A stretch of DNA of 64,000 bases, taken from the NCBI GenBank assembly GCA_043228905.1, contig JBHGNT010000015.1, positions 19,592,001 to 19,656,000 of the forward strand. The letters are read 5' to 3'. Position numbers and translations under genes: made by a program. This document shows, in pieces, positions 1 to 12,200 of this stretch (position 1 is the first letter of the stretch; each line of letters starts with the position of its first letter). The DNA comes from Azolla caroliniana. Lineage: Eukaryota > Plantae > Polypodiophyta. The notes beneath the pieces were generated by a model, which was given only the letters and a program-made list of their open reading frames with translations, was not told the origin of the DNA and did not search any database.

Positions 1-1762
1 TATTCTTCTAGAGTGAAAAGTGGCAATGGAAGTTGAAACTAATTCCATTGAGTAGAATCACACATGGGAGAAAATAAAGTCTATCGGGTAGCATCATCAA
101 TGAATGTCAAAACATAAAGATAACTTTCAACTGATGGTTTTCTCATTGGGACGCATACATCAATATGTACAAGTTGAAGCTTGTGTATTACAAAAACATT
201 TGCATCTTTTGGAAATGAAGAACTTTGCGTCTTTCCTAAAATACAAACCTCACAAACATGATTAGATGGTACATGAATGGAAGGAAGATTGCATACCATA
301 TTTTGCTTACTAAGCGTGCAAGGCTTCTGAAATTTAAATGGCCGAACCGAGCATACCATAGTTCAGAATTGCTTTGTGTTTGGGCATTCAACCCCAATGC
401 ATTTTGGTCATCAAATTTCTAATATATGTCAAGCTTGTGATTGTTGTTGAACAAACCTCCTGTTATGACAATGATGTCGTCCTTTGTACGATCATGTATT
501 GTGCATTTGTCATAGAGAAATTGGACAAGATATCCATGCATAACAATGGCAGAAACCGAAAGAAGGTTTTTGCCAGGGACATAGAGAACATTGTTTAATG
601 TGACTAAATCCCCATGACGGCTGTAATATGAACTTGACCAATGCCTTTGATGATGTAAAAAGCATTATTGGCACAAGTAATTGTGCCCGCCTTATGACAA
701 GCATCTTCAATTGACAAAGAAATTTTTGCAAGAAGCACCACTATCAAATACTACGCATTCTTAGACTCCCTTACCTATAAACATGTCATCATTTGAGGGA
801 TCATACATTGTGCATAAGAAGAATGCCCACTTATGTTGAGCAATGGTTATTTCTTCCTTCGTACCAATAGAGGTAGTAATAATAAGACTGGCTTGTTTTT
901 CTTCTCTTGACTAGGTTTACTCTTTCAACATTCACTAATGCCATAACTTGGTTTACAACAATAATTCCACTTTTCTTCTTCTTCTTATCATGGGAAGTCG
1001 AGGAAGGTTATTTTGTTTTCGGCCTTGTTGGCCATTGAACTTGCAAGAGGTAACAAAAGCTTGATCACCACTATTACGAACATCCCAATTTGCTCAATAT
1101 TGAGATTCTTGTAAGAGAAAGGAGATTAAGTCATCAATGTTGACGCTCTCTTTACCTCTTGTAAGAAACCTTATTGTCATAGTAAAGCCTTCATATGAAT
1201 CCAGAAGAGAGGCAAGAACTTTAGAAACTAATTGCTTGTTTGAAATCACTTCATGAGGTCTTTGATCTTCATCAAGAATGCATCCATGGAATCACATTTT
1301 GCATCCTTGTTTCTTAAAGTTGCCACTTGAGCATAGCAACTCGTGCTTCATTCCTTTGAGCATATAGGTTCTTTAATACAACTTGAGCACTTTTGGAGGT
1401 GGTGCAAAATCGGATATGTGGAACAATATGACGTTTAACTAATAATGCAATGAGAGCATGGGCTTGAGCATCCTTACCATCCCATTTAAGTTGTGACAAA
1501 GTAGACTTTTGAGGAGTGGAACTTGAAGCATTATTTGCGTCAATTGTTATAAAAGGGGAGGCAAAGTTTGGAGAATTACTTGAAGTTGGACATTCATCAG
1601 ATCCGATGACAATGTCCCATAGTTACTTTACAACTAATACATGTCTCACCATGTATGCCCACATAGGATAGTTAGTACCATCCAACTTATCTTCAGAATT
1701 AAGCATGCCAAAAATATTAATTAGCATGGTCATTGCAAAAAAGATTAGATCAAGAAATATTA
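1..1762 (-). mobile_element. Degenerate Ty1/copia retrotransposon A: internal gag, protease, GAG-pre-integrase and integrase region, continuing off the left edge
   Basis: Minus-strand ORF fragments read NSEDKLDGTNYPMWAYMVRHVL (copia gag N-terminus), DAQAHALIALLV...LKNLY (UBN2-type gag) and CEVCILGK...LQLVHIDVC...YVLTFIDD (integrase start). There are many stops and frameshifts. Confidence 0.9.
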
Positions 1763-1763
1763 T

Positions 1764-2383
1764 TGTGAAGAAAAGGACGATGTATGAAAAAGTGTGTGAG
1801 CACACTTTATTGTAATCCGTGTAGTTGTCGAGTGTTAGTGTGGTCAAAGAATATTAGATATTCTTATGACAAAATCATCCTCAAGTGGATATCTTGGTTA
1901 GATTCCACCAACACATTTAATAGGGCAGTCCCTTGAGGACTTGTATATAAAACCCCCTTTGGCCATTCAGTTTAGTTGATGATCTTTAGATAATTAATAT
2001 AGCTCTCTTATTCCACCAACACATTTAATAGGGCAGTCCCTTGAGGACTTGTATATAAAACCCCCTTTGGCCATTCAGTTTAGTTGATGATCTTTAGATA
2101 ATTAATATAGCTCTCTTAAGTGCATAAGCTGTCATCCCCCTATTGTGTGTTTTCTTATTTTTCTGGTTATTCTCTGTAATTCCTTCTCTTGCTTATACAT
2201 TCACTCTCTCTCACTCTCTCTCTCTCTCACACTACGCTTCTGAATACTAAACTCTACTAGAGTGTGAGGGATAGAGATCCTTCACTGAGCTCTACCATTG
2301 AAACTGTGTGAGCAGCTAGAGACGCTGTTTTAAAACCTGCTATCGTCGCTGCAGTTTTGCACAGCAAGAGGCTCACATTAACA
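1764..2383 (+). repeat. 5' LTR of copia B, 5'-truncated, with a 108-bp internal tandem duplication
   Basis: It matches 6971-7358 with about 8 substitutions. The segment 1903-2010 is repeated at 2011-2118 and includes a TATATAAAA box. The inferred end ...ttaaca at 2383 pairs with the TGTT start of the 3' LTR. Confidence 0.85.
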
Positions 2384-2413
2384 GGATCATACGAATCAAG
2401 CTAAATCAGAAAA

Positions 2414-5400
2414 ATGAATGCACAGATGGGTAGCGGACTTCCAACAGAGAAGTTGGACAGGCACAACTACGCATCTTGGGAATATAAGATGCAGCAGTAC
2501 TTAGTTGGGCAAGGGTATTGGAGTTATATCGAGGGAGCTCAGGAAACAGCCCCCGATATTACAAGTCCCAACTACCCCACATGGCAGCAAGGCGCCAGTA
2601 GGGTAATGTATTGTTTGGCAACATGTGTGCAAGATCACATGTTAAGCTATATTCGAGAAGCGAAAGCCCCAACAGAAACGTGGAAAAACTTGAAGAAGAT
2701 TTTCGCGGCTTCAACCACAGCGAGAAAACTTCAACTCCAGCAGGAGTTGAACAATATTCGGCAGGGGGATATGTCCGTGACGGACTATACCCTCCGGATC
2801 AAAGACTTATGTGATTCACTTGGCTCCATCAATGTCGCAGTTGATGATGAGATGGTGCATATCTGTCTTGGTGGCCTTGCACAAAAATATGGCTCATTTC
2901 GAACTGCCATAACAACAAGGGAGAACCCCCCAAGCTTTTTCGACTTGCTAATGGTTGAGGAGAACCATACACGGTCGAAAAGCACAGCATCTGATGGGCA
3001 GATACTATATACACATGATGATCTCAGTCGAGGTCATGGTCGTGGTCATGGAAATCGGGGGAGGAATGGCCGAGGAAGAGGTGGACGAGGTCCACAACAG
3101 TTTAATTCCAGGCAGCAAGAAGGTCGAAACAGCCAAGGGAATTCCAGTAGATAGGGGAGCTTCCACCAGCCTGCATCAACCAGGTAGAACCAGCAAACCG
3201 AGTGCTAGTATTGTGGAAAGCCTGGCCACTTTGAAGTCGTGTGTCAAAAGAAGAAGAATGACTTAGCTGCCTCACCCCGACAACAAACAAACTATGTTGA
3301 GATGGCTGACCTAGAAAACAAAGCGCCGATGTTTGTTATGCGACACCGGGCAAATAGCATGATAACAAGTGTTTCCCAACCTGATGATGTATGGTTCGTG
3401 GACTCGGGTGTCTCAAATCACATGACAAGTCATCAAGAATGGTTCATGAATTTGAGGGAACCCGAGAGACCCGGCATGGTGGAGACCGGTGATGACTCCA
3501 AACACATGATTGAGCACATTGGAGATGTGGCCCTTAACAATCACGACAACAAGGGCTACATGAAAGATGTATTGCATGTCCCGACAATCACAAAGAATTT
3601 GGTCTCGGTTGGCCAAATTGTCGAACAAGGAATGCAAGTGCGATTCAACCAGGAAGGTTGCTTCATCGAGGATAAAGGCCAACTTATCGCTCATGCAAGA
3701 AGAGAAGGTCGCATGTTTATTCTTGATGCGACGGAGGTGAACACAACAATGTATGCAAAGGGACTCAAGGCGGAGTCTGATATTGAGTTGTGGCACAAAA
3801 GGGTTGGCCATGTAAACCACGGTAAACTCCGATCAATGCAAACAAAAGGGGCCGTGCACGGATTGCCACAATTTACTTCAAAACATCCTGATAATGTATG
3901 TGAGGCGTGCCAACTAGGCAAGCAACATAGGCATCCATTCCTAAGCGAAAGAAATGTGAGTAAAGGCTTGTTGGATGTCATCCACCCAGATGTATGGGGC
4001 CCAACTCAAACAACGACAATCAGTGGGTGTAGGTACTTCGTTACCTTCATTGACGACTATTCGCGGCATACCTGGATATGCCCGATGAAGTCGAAAAGTG
4101 AGGTCTTCTCCCACTTTCTCAAGTTAAAGAATTGCTTGGAAAATGAGACGAATCGCAAGATTCGATGCTTACGGTCTGATGGTGGCCAAGAATACTTCTC
4201 AACTGAGTTCAAGGCCTTTCTAGAAGAGAAGGGGATTCGCCGGGAATTCTCTTGCCCGTACACACCACAGCAAAATGGTGTTGCTGAGCAGAAGAATCGT
4301 ACAATTCTTGAGATGGCCCACGCCATGCTGCATGAGAAGAACATGCCCAAGATCTATTGGGCAGAGGCAGCAGTTACGGCTGTGTATCTCATGAATAGGT
4401 CCACAACCGAGGGTGTCCACGACATCACCCCTCACGAGAAGTATTTTAGGGCAAAGCCAGACCTTTCGCACTTGAAGGTTTTTGGCAGCATTGCATTTGT
4501 GCATGTCCCCGATGAGAAGCGGCGAAAGCTTGACCCAAAATCAGATAAGATGATCCTCGTTGGTTACTCACTTGAGCAAAAGGGTTACAAGTGTTTTAAC
4601 CCCATCACTCAACAGTCACAAGTAAGCCGAGTTGTGGTATTTGATGAGGTGACATCATGGTATGGCCCAACATCAATGACCCCCACCGTGCTCGAAACAA
4701 GCAGATCTGGAGCAGATTCTCAGAGTGAAGAAGAAGAGATGCTAACGACCATTATGGGTGGAGAACCAGCAGAGAGTCTGCCCACACTCCAGCTGACTCG
4801 ACCTGAGGTGTCATCCACCATGAAGAAACCTCTGATGTGCTGTCACCTTTGTGCTACACCTATAGAAAGAAAAAAAAGGGCAAGAGGCCTGAGCAAGAGG
4901 CCAAGGACATGACATCTAGTGAAGACTCAGATCATTCACCCCGATCAGTCCACAGCAAGTATGAAATGAAGAAAGCCCCGGAAATGACCAAAGGAAAACT
5001 CCCTCAATCGAACCGACAAAAGAGCCTGATAGTTAGGTTCGGGTACAATGAGTACATGGCCCACCACTATGCATTCATGATGAAGGTCGCAGCAGACCAA
5101 GAACCCGAGACTTACAAAGAAGCTACCCAAGATCCCCGGTGGATCGAGGCAATGAGGGAGGAGATGCACGTGTTGTTTGACAACGATACTTGGGATTTAG
5201 TCCCATCCTCTGAAATCAAGAAAAAGCCAATTGGTTGCCGCTGGGTGTTGAAGATAAAGCATAATACGGATGGCACGGTCAATCGGTTCAAGGCTCGGCT
5301 AGTCGCCAAAGGGTATGCTCAAACCCATGGCATAGACTATGAGGAGACATTTGCCCCGGTGGCAAAAATGACCACTGTGAGGACAGTAATTGCTCTCGCA

Positions 5401-6699
5401 GCAGCGAAAGGATGGCACTTGCATCAAATGGATGTGAAGAACACATTCCTCCAAGGTGAGCTCGAGGAGGAAGTTTACATGATGCAACCACTTGGCTTCA
5501 AATCAAACAAACATCCACATGCAGTTTGCCGATTGAAGAAGCCGCTCTATGGACTGAAGCAAGCCCCAAGAGCATGGCATTCAAAGATCACATCATGTCT
5601 TCACGACATTGGCTTCCGGATGTCAAATTTTGATAACTCGTTGTATGTTCAGAACAATCCCAAAAGCCCCATCTTCTTAATCTTGTATGTCGATGACCTT
5701 GTCATCAGTGGAGAAAGCCTCACCAAGACACAAGATTAAAAAGTTGTTTTTGCAGAAGTTCGAGATGAAGGATCTGAATGACTCCACAAGGTCATTCAAA
5801 CTCCACAAGGGTTGCTACTCTCACAACGACACTATGTGTTGAACTTGCTCTACAAGTTCGGAATGACCGAGTGTAAGTCCATCTCAAGACCCCTTGATCG
5901 AAATATGAAGCTAACAGCAGATTCTAGAAAATTCTGTGAGCTGACACAATATCGCCAAATAATTGGGAGTCTTATCTACTTAACTATCACCCGACCAGAC
6001 CTCAACTATCCGGTCGGGGTTCTTAGCCAGTTCATGGAAACCCCCCGCGACACTCACATGGATTGTGCTAAGTGAGTGTTACGTTATATTAGTGGAACAC
6101 TTGATTATGGTATCTTCTATAAACGTGGAGCACCACTTCGACTCGAAGGCTTCATGGATGCTGATTGGGCCGGCAATGCATCTGATAGGCGATCCACTTC
6201 GGGATTTATGTTTTCACTCGGTAGTGGAGCAATCTCTTGGAGCAGCAAGAAACAACCAACAGTCGCTCTATCGAGCATTGAGGCGGAGTATAGGGTAGCT
6301 GGTTACGAAACTGTATGGCTTAAAAGACTACTGAAAGACTTCAACGAATTGGTGAACAAGCCAATACTGATCCACTGCGATAATCTCAACAACATCCAGC
6401 TTGCAAAGAATCCGGTGTTTCACGCCCGGACTAAGCACATTGAGGTGCACTATCATTACATCCGTGAGCGCATATTGGCCGGTGACATTGACCTCCAATA
6501 CGTTGGCACCAACATGCAAGTGGCTGATATTTTCACTAAGGCGCTAGGTCTCGACAAGCTACGGCAATTCTCAGTGGATCTAGGCCTTAGACCACTCAAT
6601 ATACTGAACTTGGGGGAGAGTAAAAGTACAAAGACAAAGGAAAACATGGAGAATCAGCACGATACAAGAGGAAGAGCGAGACCGGCATTGGCAAAGTAA
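2414..6699 (+). pseudogene. Disrupted gag-pol polyprotein of copia B
   Basis: Three in-frame TAG codons lie between 3152 and 3210. There are frameshifts near 4870 (A-run) and 5730, a small deletion near 5780 (the usual YFLGIE motif is missing) and a TGA at 6073. Confidence 0.92.
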
Positions 6700-6933
6700 G
6701 GTCAGCACATCTAATCCGACTTGACCCAGCAAGTTAGAGGAAGACTTTCCAAAGCCCGGAATTTTTGAAGCTCAAAATTTTGGATTGGCAAGATCGACAT
6801 TGCTAGATCAAGATCGAGTACATAAAAACAATGGGAAAACCACGGTCTAGTAATCAGACCAACTGCAATTGGGTCTTCAACTACACTAAGACAACCAAGC
6901 TTAAGAGGACACACAATTGACCTTGAGGGGGCG

Positions 6934-7358
6934 TGTTGAGAATCAAGTTCAACTTGTGTGAACATGTGCTTGTGAAGAAAAGGACGATGTATGAAAAAGT
7001 GTGTGAGCACACTTTATTGTAATCCGTGTAGTTGTCGAGTGTTAGTGTGGTCAAAGAATATTAGATATTCTTATGACAAAATCGTCCTCAAGTGGATATC
7101 TTGGTTAGATTACACCAACACATTTAATAGGGCAGTCCCTTGAGGACTTGTATATAAACATCCCTTTGGCCATTCAGTTTAGTTGATGATCTTTAGATAA
7201 TTAATATAGCTCTCTTAAGTGCATAAGTTGTCATCCCCCTACTGTGTGTTTTCTTATTTTTCTAGTTATTCTCTGTAATTCCTTCTCTTGCTTATACATT
7301 CACTCTCTCTCTCTCTCTCTCTCACACTACGCTTTTGAATACTAAACTCTACTAGAGT
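6934..7358 (+). repeat. 3' LTR of copia B, 3'-truncated
   Basis: It starts TGTTGAG directly after the PPT. Identity to the 5' LTR stops abruptly at actagagt (7358). Confidence 0.88.
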
Positions 7359-8164
7359 TAGATTCTTTACATTAGGGTTTGAGATTGCTGCAAAACTTGT
7401 GTCGACTATATCTCCAGAACAAAAGAATCAAGTAGAGTCAAAAGAATCAGCTCTAAATCTACATTTTGAAAAATGTGAAAATAGAGAATTTGCCTCTGCT
7501 ACAGTTTTCCACTGTTCGAACTTTTCATTGTTGTAGATGGAGCGGTTCGATGTTTTCTTAAAAGGGAAGAGATAAATAAAGAGAATGATCTGTGTATGTC
7601 CATTAGGAAGAACAGGATATGGAAAGTAATCTAAACTTGCTCTAACACCATTTGTAAAAAATGCAAGGAACTTAGACTAACTATCACACAACAAGATCTC
7701 TTAGAAGACTTAAGGAAAAACCAATAGATTAGGAAAAACAAGCTTTTGATTACAAAGATGTAGAATGGTTTATATAACCAATATCTATAGGTACTTGGAA
7801 ACCCAACAGTCACTTAATTAGGTTCACACTATTCTAACTATGTCCACACCTAACAGTTACTTAAACAGGTTCATACTATTCTAAGTATATTCACACCCAA
7901 CATTTACTTAACTAGGTTCACAGTATTCTTTACTATTTTCACACCAAAGCTTTTGATTACAAAGATGTAGAATGGTTTATATAACCAATATCTATAAGTA
8001 CTTGGAAACCCAACAGTCACTTAATTAGGTTCACACTATTCTAACTATGTCCACACCTAACAATTACTTAAACAAGTTCATACTATTCTAAGTATATTCA
8101 CATCCAACATTTACTTAACTATTTTCACACCAAAGCTTTCACATAATACACGTGAAGTGTAACA
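7359..8164 (-). mobile_element. 5' leader, PBS and 5' LTR of copia A
   Basis: gctctaacacca at 7639-7650 is the reverse complement of TGGTGTTAGAGC, an iMet-type PBS. It adjoins a TGT...ACA-bounded LTR at 7653-8164 that has an internal duplication of about 208 bp. The orientation matches the gag at about 1730 once element B is removed. Confidence 0.8.
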
Positions 8165-8365
8165 CCTTCTAGGGTGTGGTGGTGTTTGTTCTAGACTCAG
8201 CTTTTGCCCAATATGTTGCAAAATATTTGTCACCAAAATACTTTCCTCTAAGAGATCATAAAGATCTAATGTTATTTCAATGAAGCTAAGCATGTTAACT
8301 TCACGGATGCAACTAAGTGCATCAGCGACAGTGTTCATGAAACCCTTATGATATCAAATGGATCA
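8165..8365 (-). mobile_element. Short Ty3/gypsy pol remnant (end of RNase H)
   Basis: The translation FDII...NTVADALSCI resembles the gypsy N-x-VADALSR motif. Confidence 0.6.
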
Positions 8366-9258
8366 CCCTATTCTTTTCCATTTAAGTCACGGTTGGATAA
8401 TACGAGCTATATTAGAATGAGGATAGTGGACTTATACTCATGCCAAGCAACTAAAACCATTATTGCATTTCAGCATACCAACAATGATTGCCTCCATTTT
8501 CAGCCATACATAGGAAGCTCCCGTATAATGATCACTGATCACTGATTGGAATAATGTTTGAGTCACTATTGAGCTCCCGTATCCGTCTGAATTATATATG
8601 AGACATTTCAATGATTTTTGGAACTGGATGCATACATTGTCTTTGAAAGGTACCGAAGGCTAAATATCCATGAAAAAGTCAAGCATAGATAGCTTCTTGT
8701 GTAAGGAGAACCATGGCCTTGTGAATGATACGCCTAGATTAGTTGTGTACGGCCCCTTTTCCTCTCTGAAGAAGTATTCAGGTTCTGATCCTATTACCTA
8801 TGCTTGAGTGGTGTTAAACACTTTCCGTTTAGTTTTAATAAGGTCGATCAACAAATAAAGAAAGATATATTAGCATCTTTTAAGAGACCAAAATTGCCTA
8901 TGAGTGAGAACAAGTGGCATTAAGCTAAGAGATATTGATTAAAAGACAAGGATCAAATCGTTTCCTGTCATTCTATGGCTGTATAAAATACTTTTCACCG
9001 TAGACCTTCAAAAACAATAGATTGCCTCTCAAAGAGGCAATGTTAACAAAAGAAATGCAAGGAATTTAGGAAGCACCTGCTCATACGAAATTCCAACAGA
9101 AAACAGCACCTCATTTAGAAAGCATCTGCTCATACATTATTTGTCAATACAAATGCTCCCATCTTTATAGTCTTGCTTTGTCTTGTATAAATTCAAGAGT
9201 CCACATAAGGAAATTCAAACTATATAAATAGACAAAACAAAAATATACTTAAACTAAC

Positions 9259-12200
9259 CTGTAGTTGATCCTGAACCATGGAAACCACGCCAATTGATGT
9301 GCTGAATATTCCTGATTTACTGGTTCTGGAAATAACCTGTAGGCCTTTCAAATAACTCAATAAACTCGTTGATCCTGCCAAAACGTTCAAAATCTATGGG
9401 CACTTTAGACATATGAAATGAAATCTGCTAAAAATTACAATGGAAGATTATTCAACATGGATTAGGTATGCATGATCCCCCAGAATTTGCAATCAAGCAC
9501 ATTATGATTAGCTTTGTTTCACTATTGCTTCACAAAAAATGAAGTTCCTACCCATATAGGGGATGTTTCTGAAGAATCTATTCAAGGTTTCCTCTAATTA
9601 TACAGCTTATTCTTGGATAGAATAAATCCATTGAGTAACAATCTTCATAAAATTCAATGTAAATATTTCTTGTGGTTGGTCAATAAGTTACAGCTTCAAA
9701 ATGGCTATTTGCTTTTATGAGTGTGCTTGGTATTTTAATGGCTCACTCATCAAACAAGATATTACATGCATGCATGGGATGGCCTAGTGAGCTGCTTATT
9801 TATAAATGTGTTTTCTACCACTACTGTTTTGCATGAAATATGTGGACTCAAGGGAACATTACGTTGGCTGTTGGAGTGCTTTTATGAAATAAGGAGGAGA
9901 TATCACTTCCCCTTCGATAAAGCCTTTGGCCCACCCCTCCATGGAGGGTGACAGCCCATGAATTCATCTCTCCTTTCTGCAGTCTCTCTCTCTGCACATT
10001 TTCTCTCACTAGATTTACATTGTTGCAGCATTTATTACAATTGACTTTTAGAATGTACTACTATAACAGCATTTAAAGCATTGTTTTCTTTTCTCTGGAC
10101 TACTTTAACTCATTATATACCTAGGAATATTTTATATCCTTCCATAAATGCATGGGCAACAAAACCCGCTCTCATTTTTGTATTTAAAGGCTTTCAGCAT
10201 CATGAAGAAATATAATTCTTGTTTAGCCTCCTGGCATCTTACAGCCGTTTGAAACAGTTTTCTCACATCTTCAAGGTAATGGGATATAAAGACCAACATT
10301 GTTTGGGACTCTTCTTGTTATAAATAAAGAGATATAAAAATAAGTTTGTTGGACAACAATACAACCACATAAGCTAATCAAGAGAGAATCATCATAAATT
10401 TTGTTGCTACAAGTCGATGATTTGCTACACAAATAGGGTCTCAACACAACATTCTGAAAGGACTACAACGGATCAGGTGACAATATTTTTCACACATAGA
10501 CTACATCCATCGGGACCATGACTTCATTACCCTTGTTATCAACAAATCAAGGCCATTATCACCCAACCGCTAAGGTGCTTTCAGCACATCAGAAACCTCT
10601 CCATCTTGGATCAGTCAATGTTACTTTGATCAACAGCCTAGTTACGTACGGAAGTTGTTGGTAGACAGGTCCCTCCGGATGGGAAGGGAGAAGAACAGTG
10701 CCGACGAACAAACTCGGCCAAGGCCGACAGGCCGAGGCCGAAACGGAGAACCGGATGAGGAGTACCCGACTGCGGAGAGTCGGATGGTGTAGGCCCGGTA
10801 TGAACCGGATGAGGAGTACCCGACTGTGGAGAGCCGGATGGAGCCCATCGAGGCTACATTTGTAAATAGCCGAAAAGTCATATTAGTATAAATATGACTT
10901 AGGGCAAACTTTTAGTTATGAGTTGTCATTCTTGTTGTTATTCGTTTGTTGTTGGTGCAAGAAGAAATCAGAGCGCGTAACTGTATAGAGAGAGAGAGAG
11001 AGAGAGACGAGGTCGTTGCCTCTGTTGTAACCGCCGCCTGTGGCGAAGATCTGTGAGCACGAGGTCGTTGCCTCAGTGATCTCACTGTTGTATATTTCTG
11101 CATAGTGACAGTTTGCAGCTTGTGGGCTGCCGTGGTTTTTCCCCTATTTTGGGGTTTTCCACGTATACCTCTTGTGTACCATTTCTCCTCTTTTGTGTCG
11201 CGTTTCATTACCTGTTTTTCTGTGTAAGAAAAGAATCTCGGTTGTGGCCGAGCGTCGGACATAAGGAACGTCAAGTTCTCAACAGAAGCTACATGGTTTA
11301 GGTACAATTTATACTTGCACATGGACGTAACATTTGGTTGGTCGCTTCAGCCTTTTGAAGATGTTAATATAGCACATCATTTCCTTCCTCCCTTGCATTT
11401 GCTAACTGTGCCCAGGGCAGGAATTTGACGGGTGTCATGCCCGTAAAGGGCCATTTTGCCCGTCAAAAACACGCACCCAATAAAAATGTCTGTCAAGTGA
11501 CATATAAACTTACAATTTTCATTTTTCATGTGAAAGGCACCCAAAATTTATTTTCCATTAATGTCATAATACATATTATATATAGTATATTTAATATTGT
11601 AATATGTATTATGTATTATGTATTATGTATATTGTAGTATATGTACAACTATAAAATGTACATACATGATACTACAAAGACATACATAATACTATTATAA
11701 TGTTCATTGTAGTATGTACATTTTATAATAGTATAATTGTATATGTATTATGTATAATGTGAGTCGTGAGTCGTGACTAATAACTATGCTTTCAATGTTT
11801 CATTTCTAAATTCCCGAATTCCCCCTCTTTCTCTTTTCCCCCTATTTTCTCTTTTCTTGCTTTCCTTCTTCCTGCTCCTTCTTCTCGCTTCCTACTCCCT
11901 GTTCCTTGGTCATTGCCCATTGCTCCCAGCACGCTCACTACTCGTTGCTCCCTGTCGCTTCTCGGTGATTGCACATCTGCTATTTGCCACCACTCTGAGG
12001 TATGTATTTGTCTCTTTTTTTTCTATTTTCTCGCTCGAATGCATTCCTCGCTTATTTGACTCGGGTTCGATCCCCAGTTATTTGAGGGGTGGCCATAGTC
12101 ATGGGGGTCATCATGGGCGGCAATAATATGACAAATCAATCAATCTATCTCTCCTCCTGCCCTCCCCTATTCTTGTCTTAACAAACGGTGAGAGATCACA

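Larger units (their letters stand above)
1764..7358 (+). mobile_element. Near full-length but inactive Ty1/copia retrotransposon B, nested in the leader of element A
   Basis: Domains occur in copia order: gag (2414), CCHC knuckle (CXYCGKPGHFEVVC), protease (WFVDSG), integrase (HPDVWGP, RSDGG, TPQQNGVAE), RT (YVDDL), RNase H (DADWAG). The PPT gagggggcg is at 6925-6933. Direct LTR repeats lie at 1764-2263 and 6971-7358. Confidence 0.97.

Noticed and set aside
1972-1986. Tf1-like self-priming between the LTR transcript start (atgatct) and the post-LTR sequence ggatcat
   Set aside because: Only about 7 nt of pairing, which is within chance.
3152-3238. Programmed stop-codon readthrough between gag and pol
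   Set aside because: Three separate in-frame TAGs, one inside the zinc knuckle, are better explained by C-to-T or G-to-A decay.
8400-9200. Further SMPD4-like exons
   Set aside because: Candidate frames hit stops quickly and showed no recognisable family motif.
11773-12126. Hydrophobic 117-aa ORF (and its mirror at 14030-14254) as a membrane protein
   Set aside because: It is the translation of a CT-rich tract, and the mirror copy is frameshifted.
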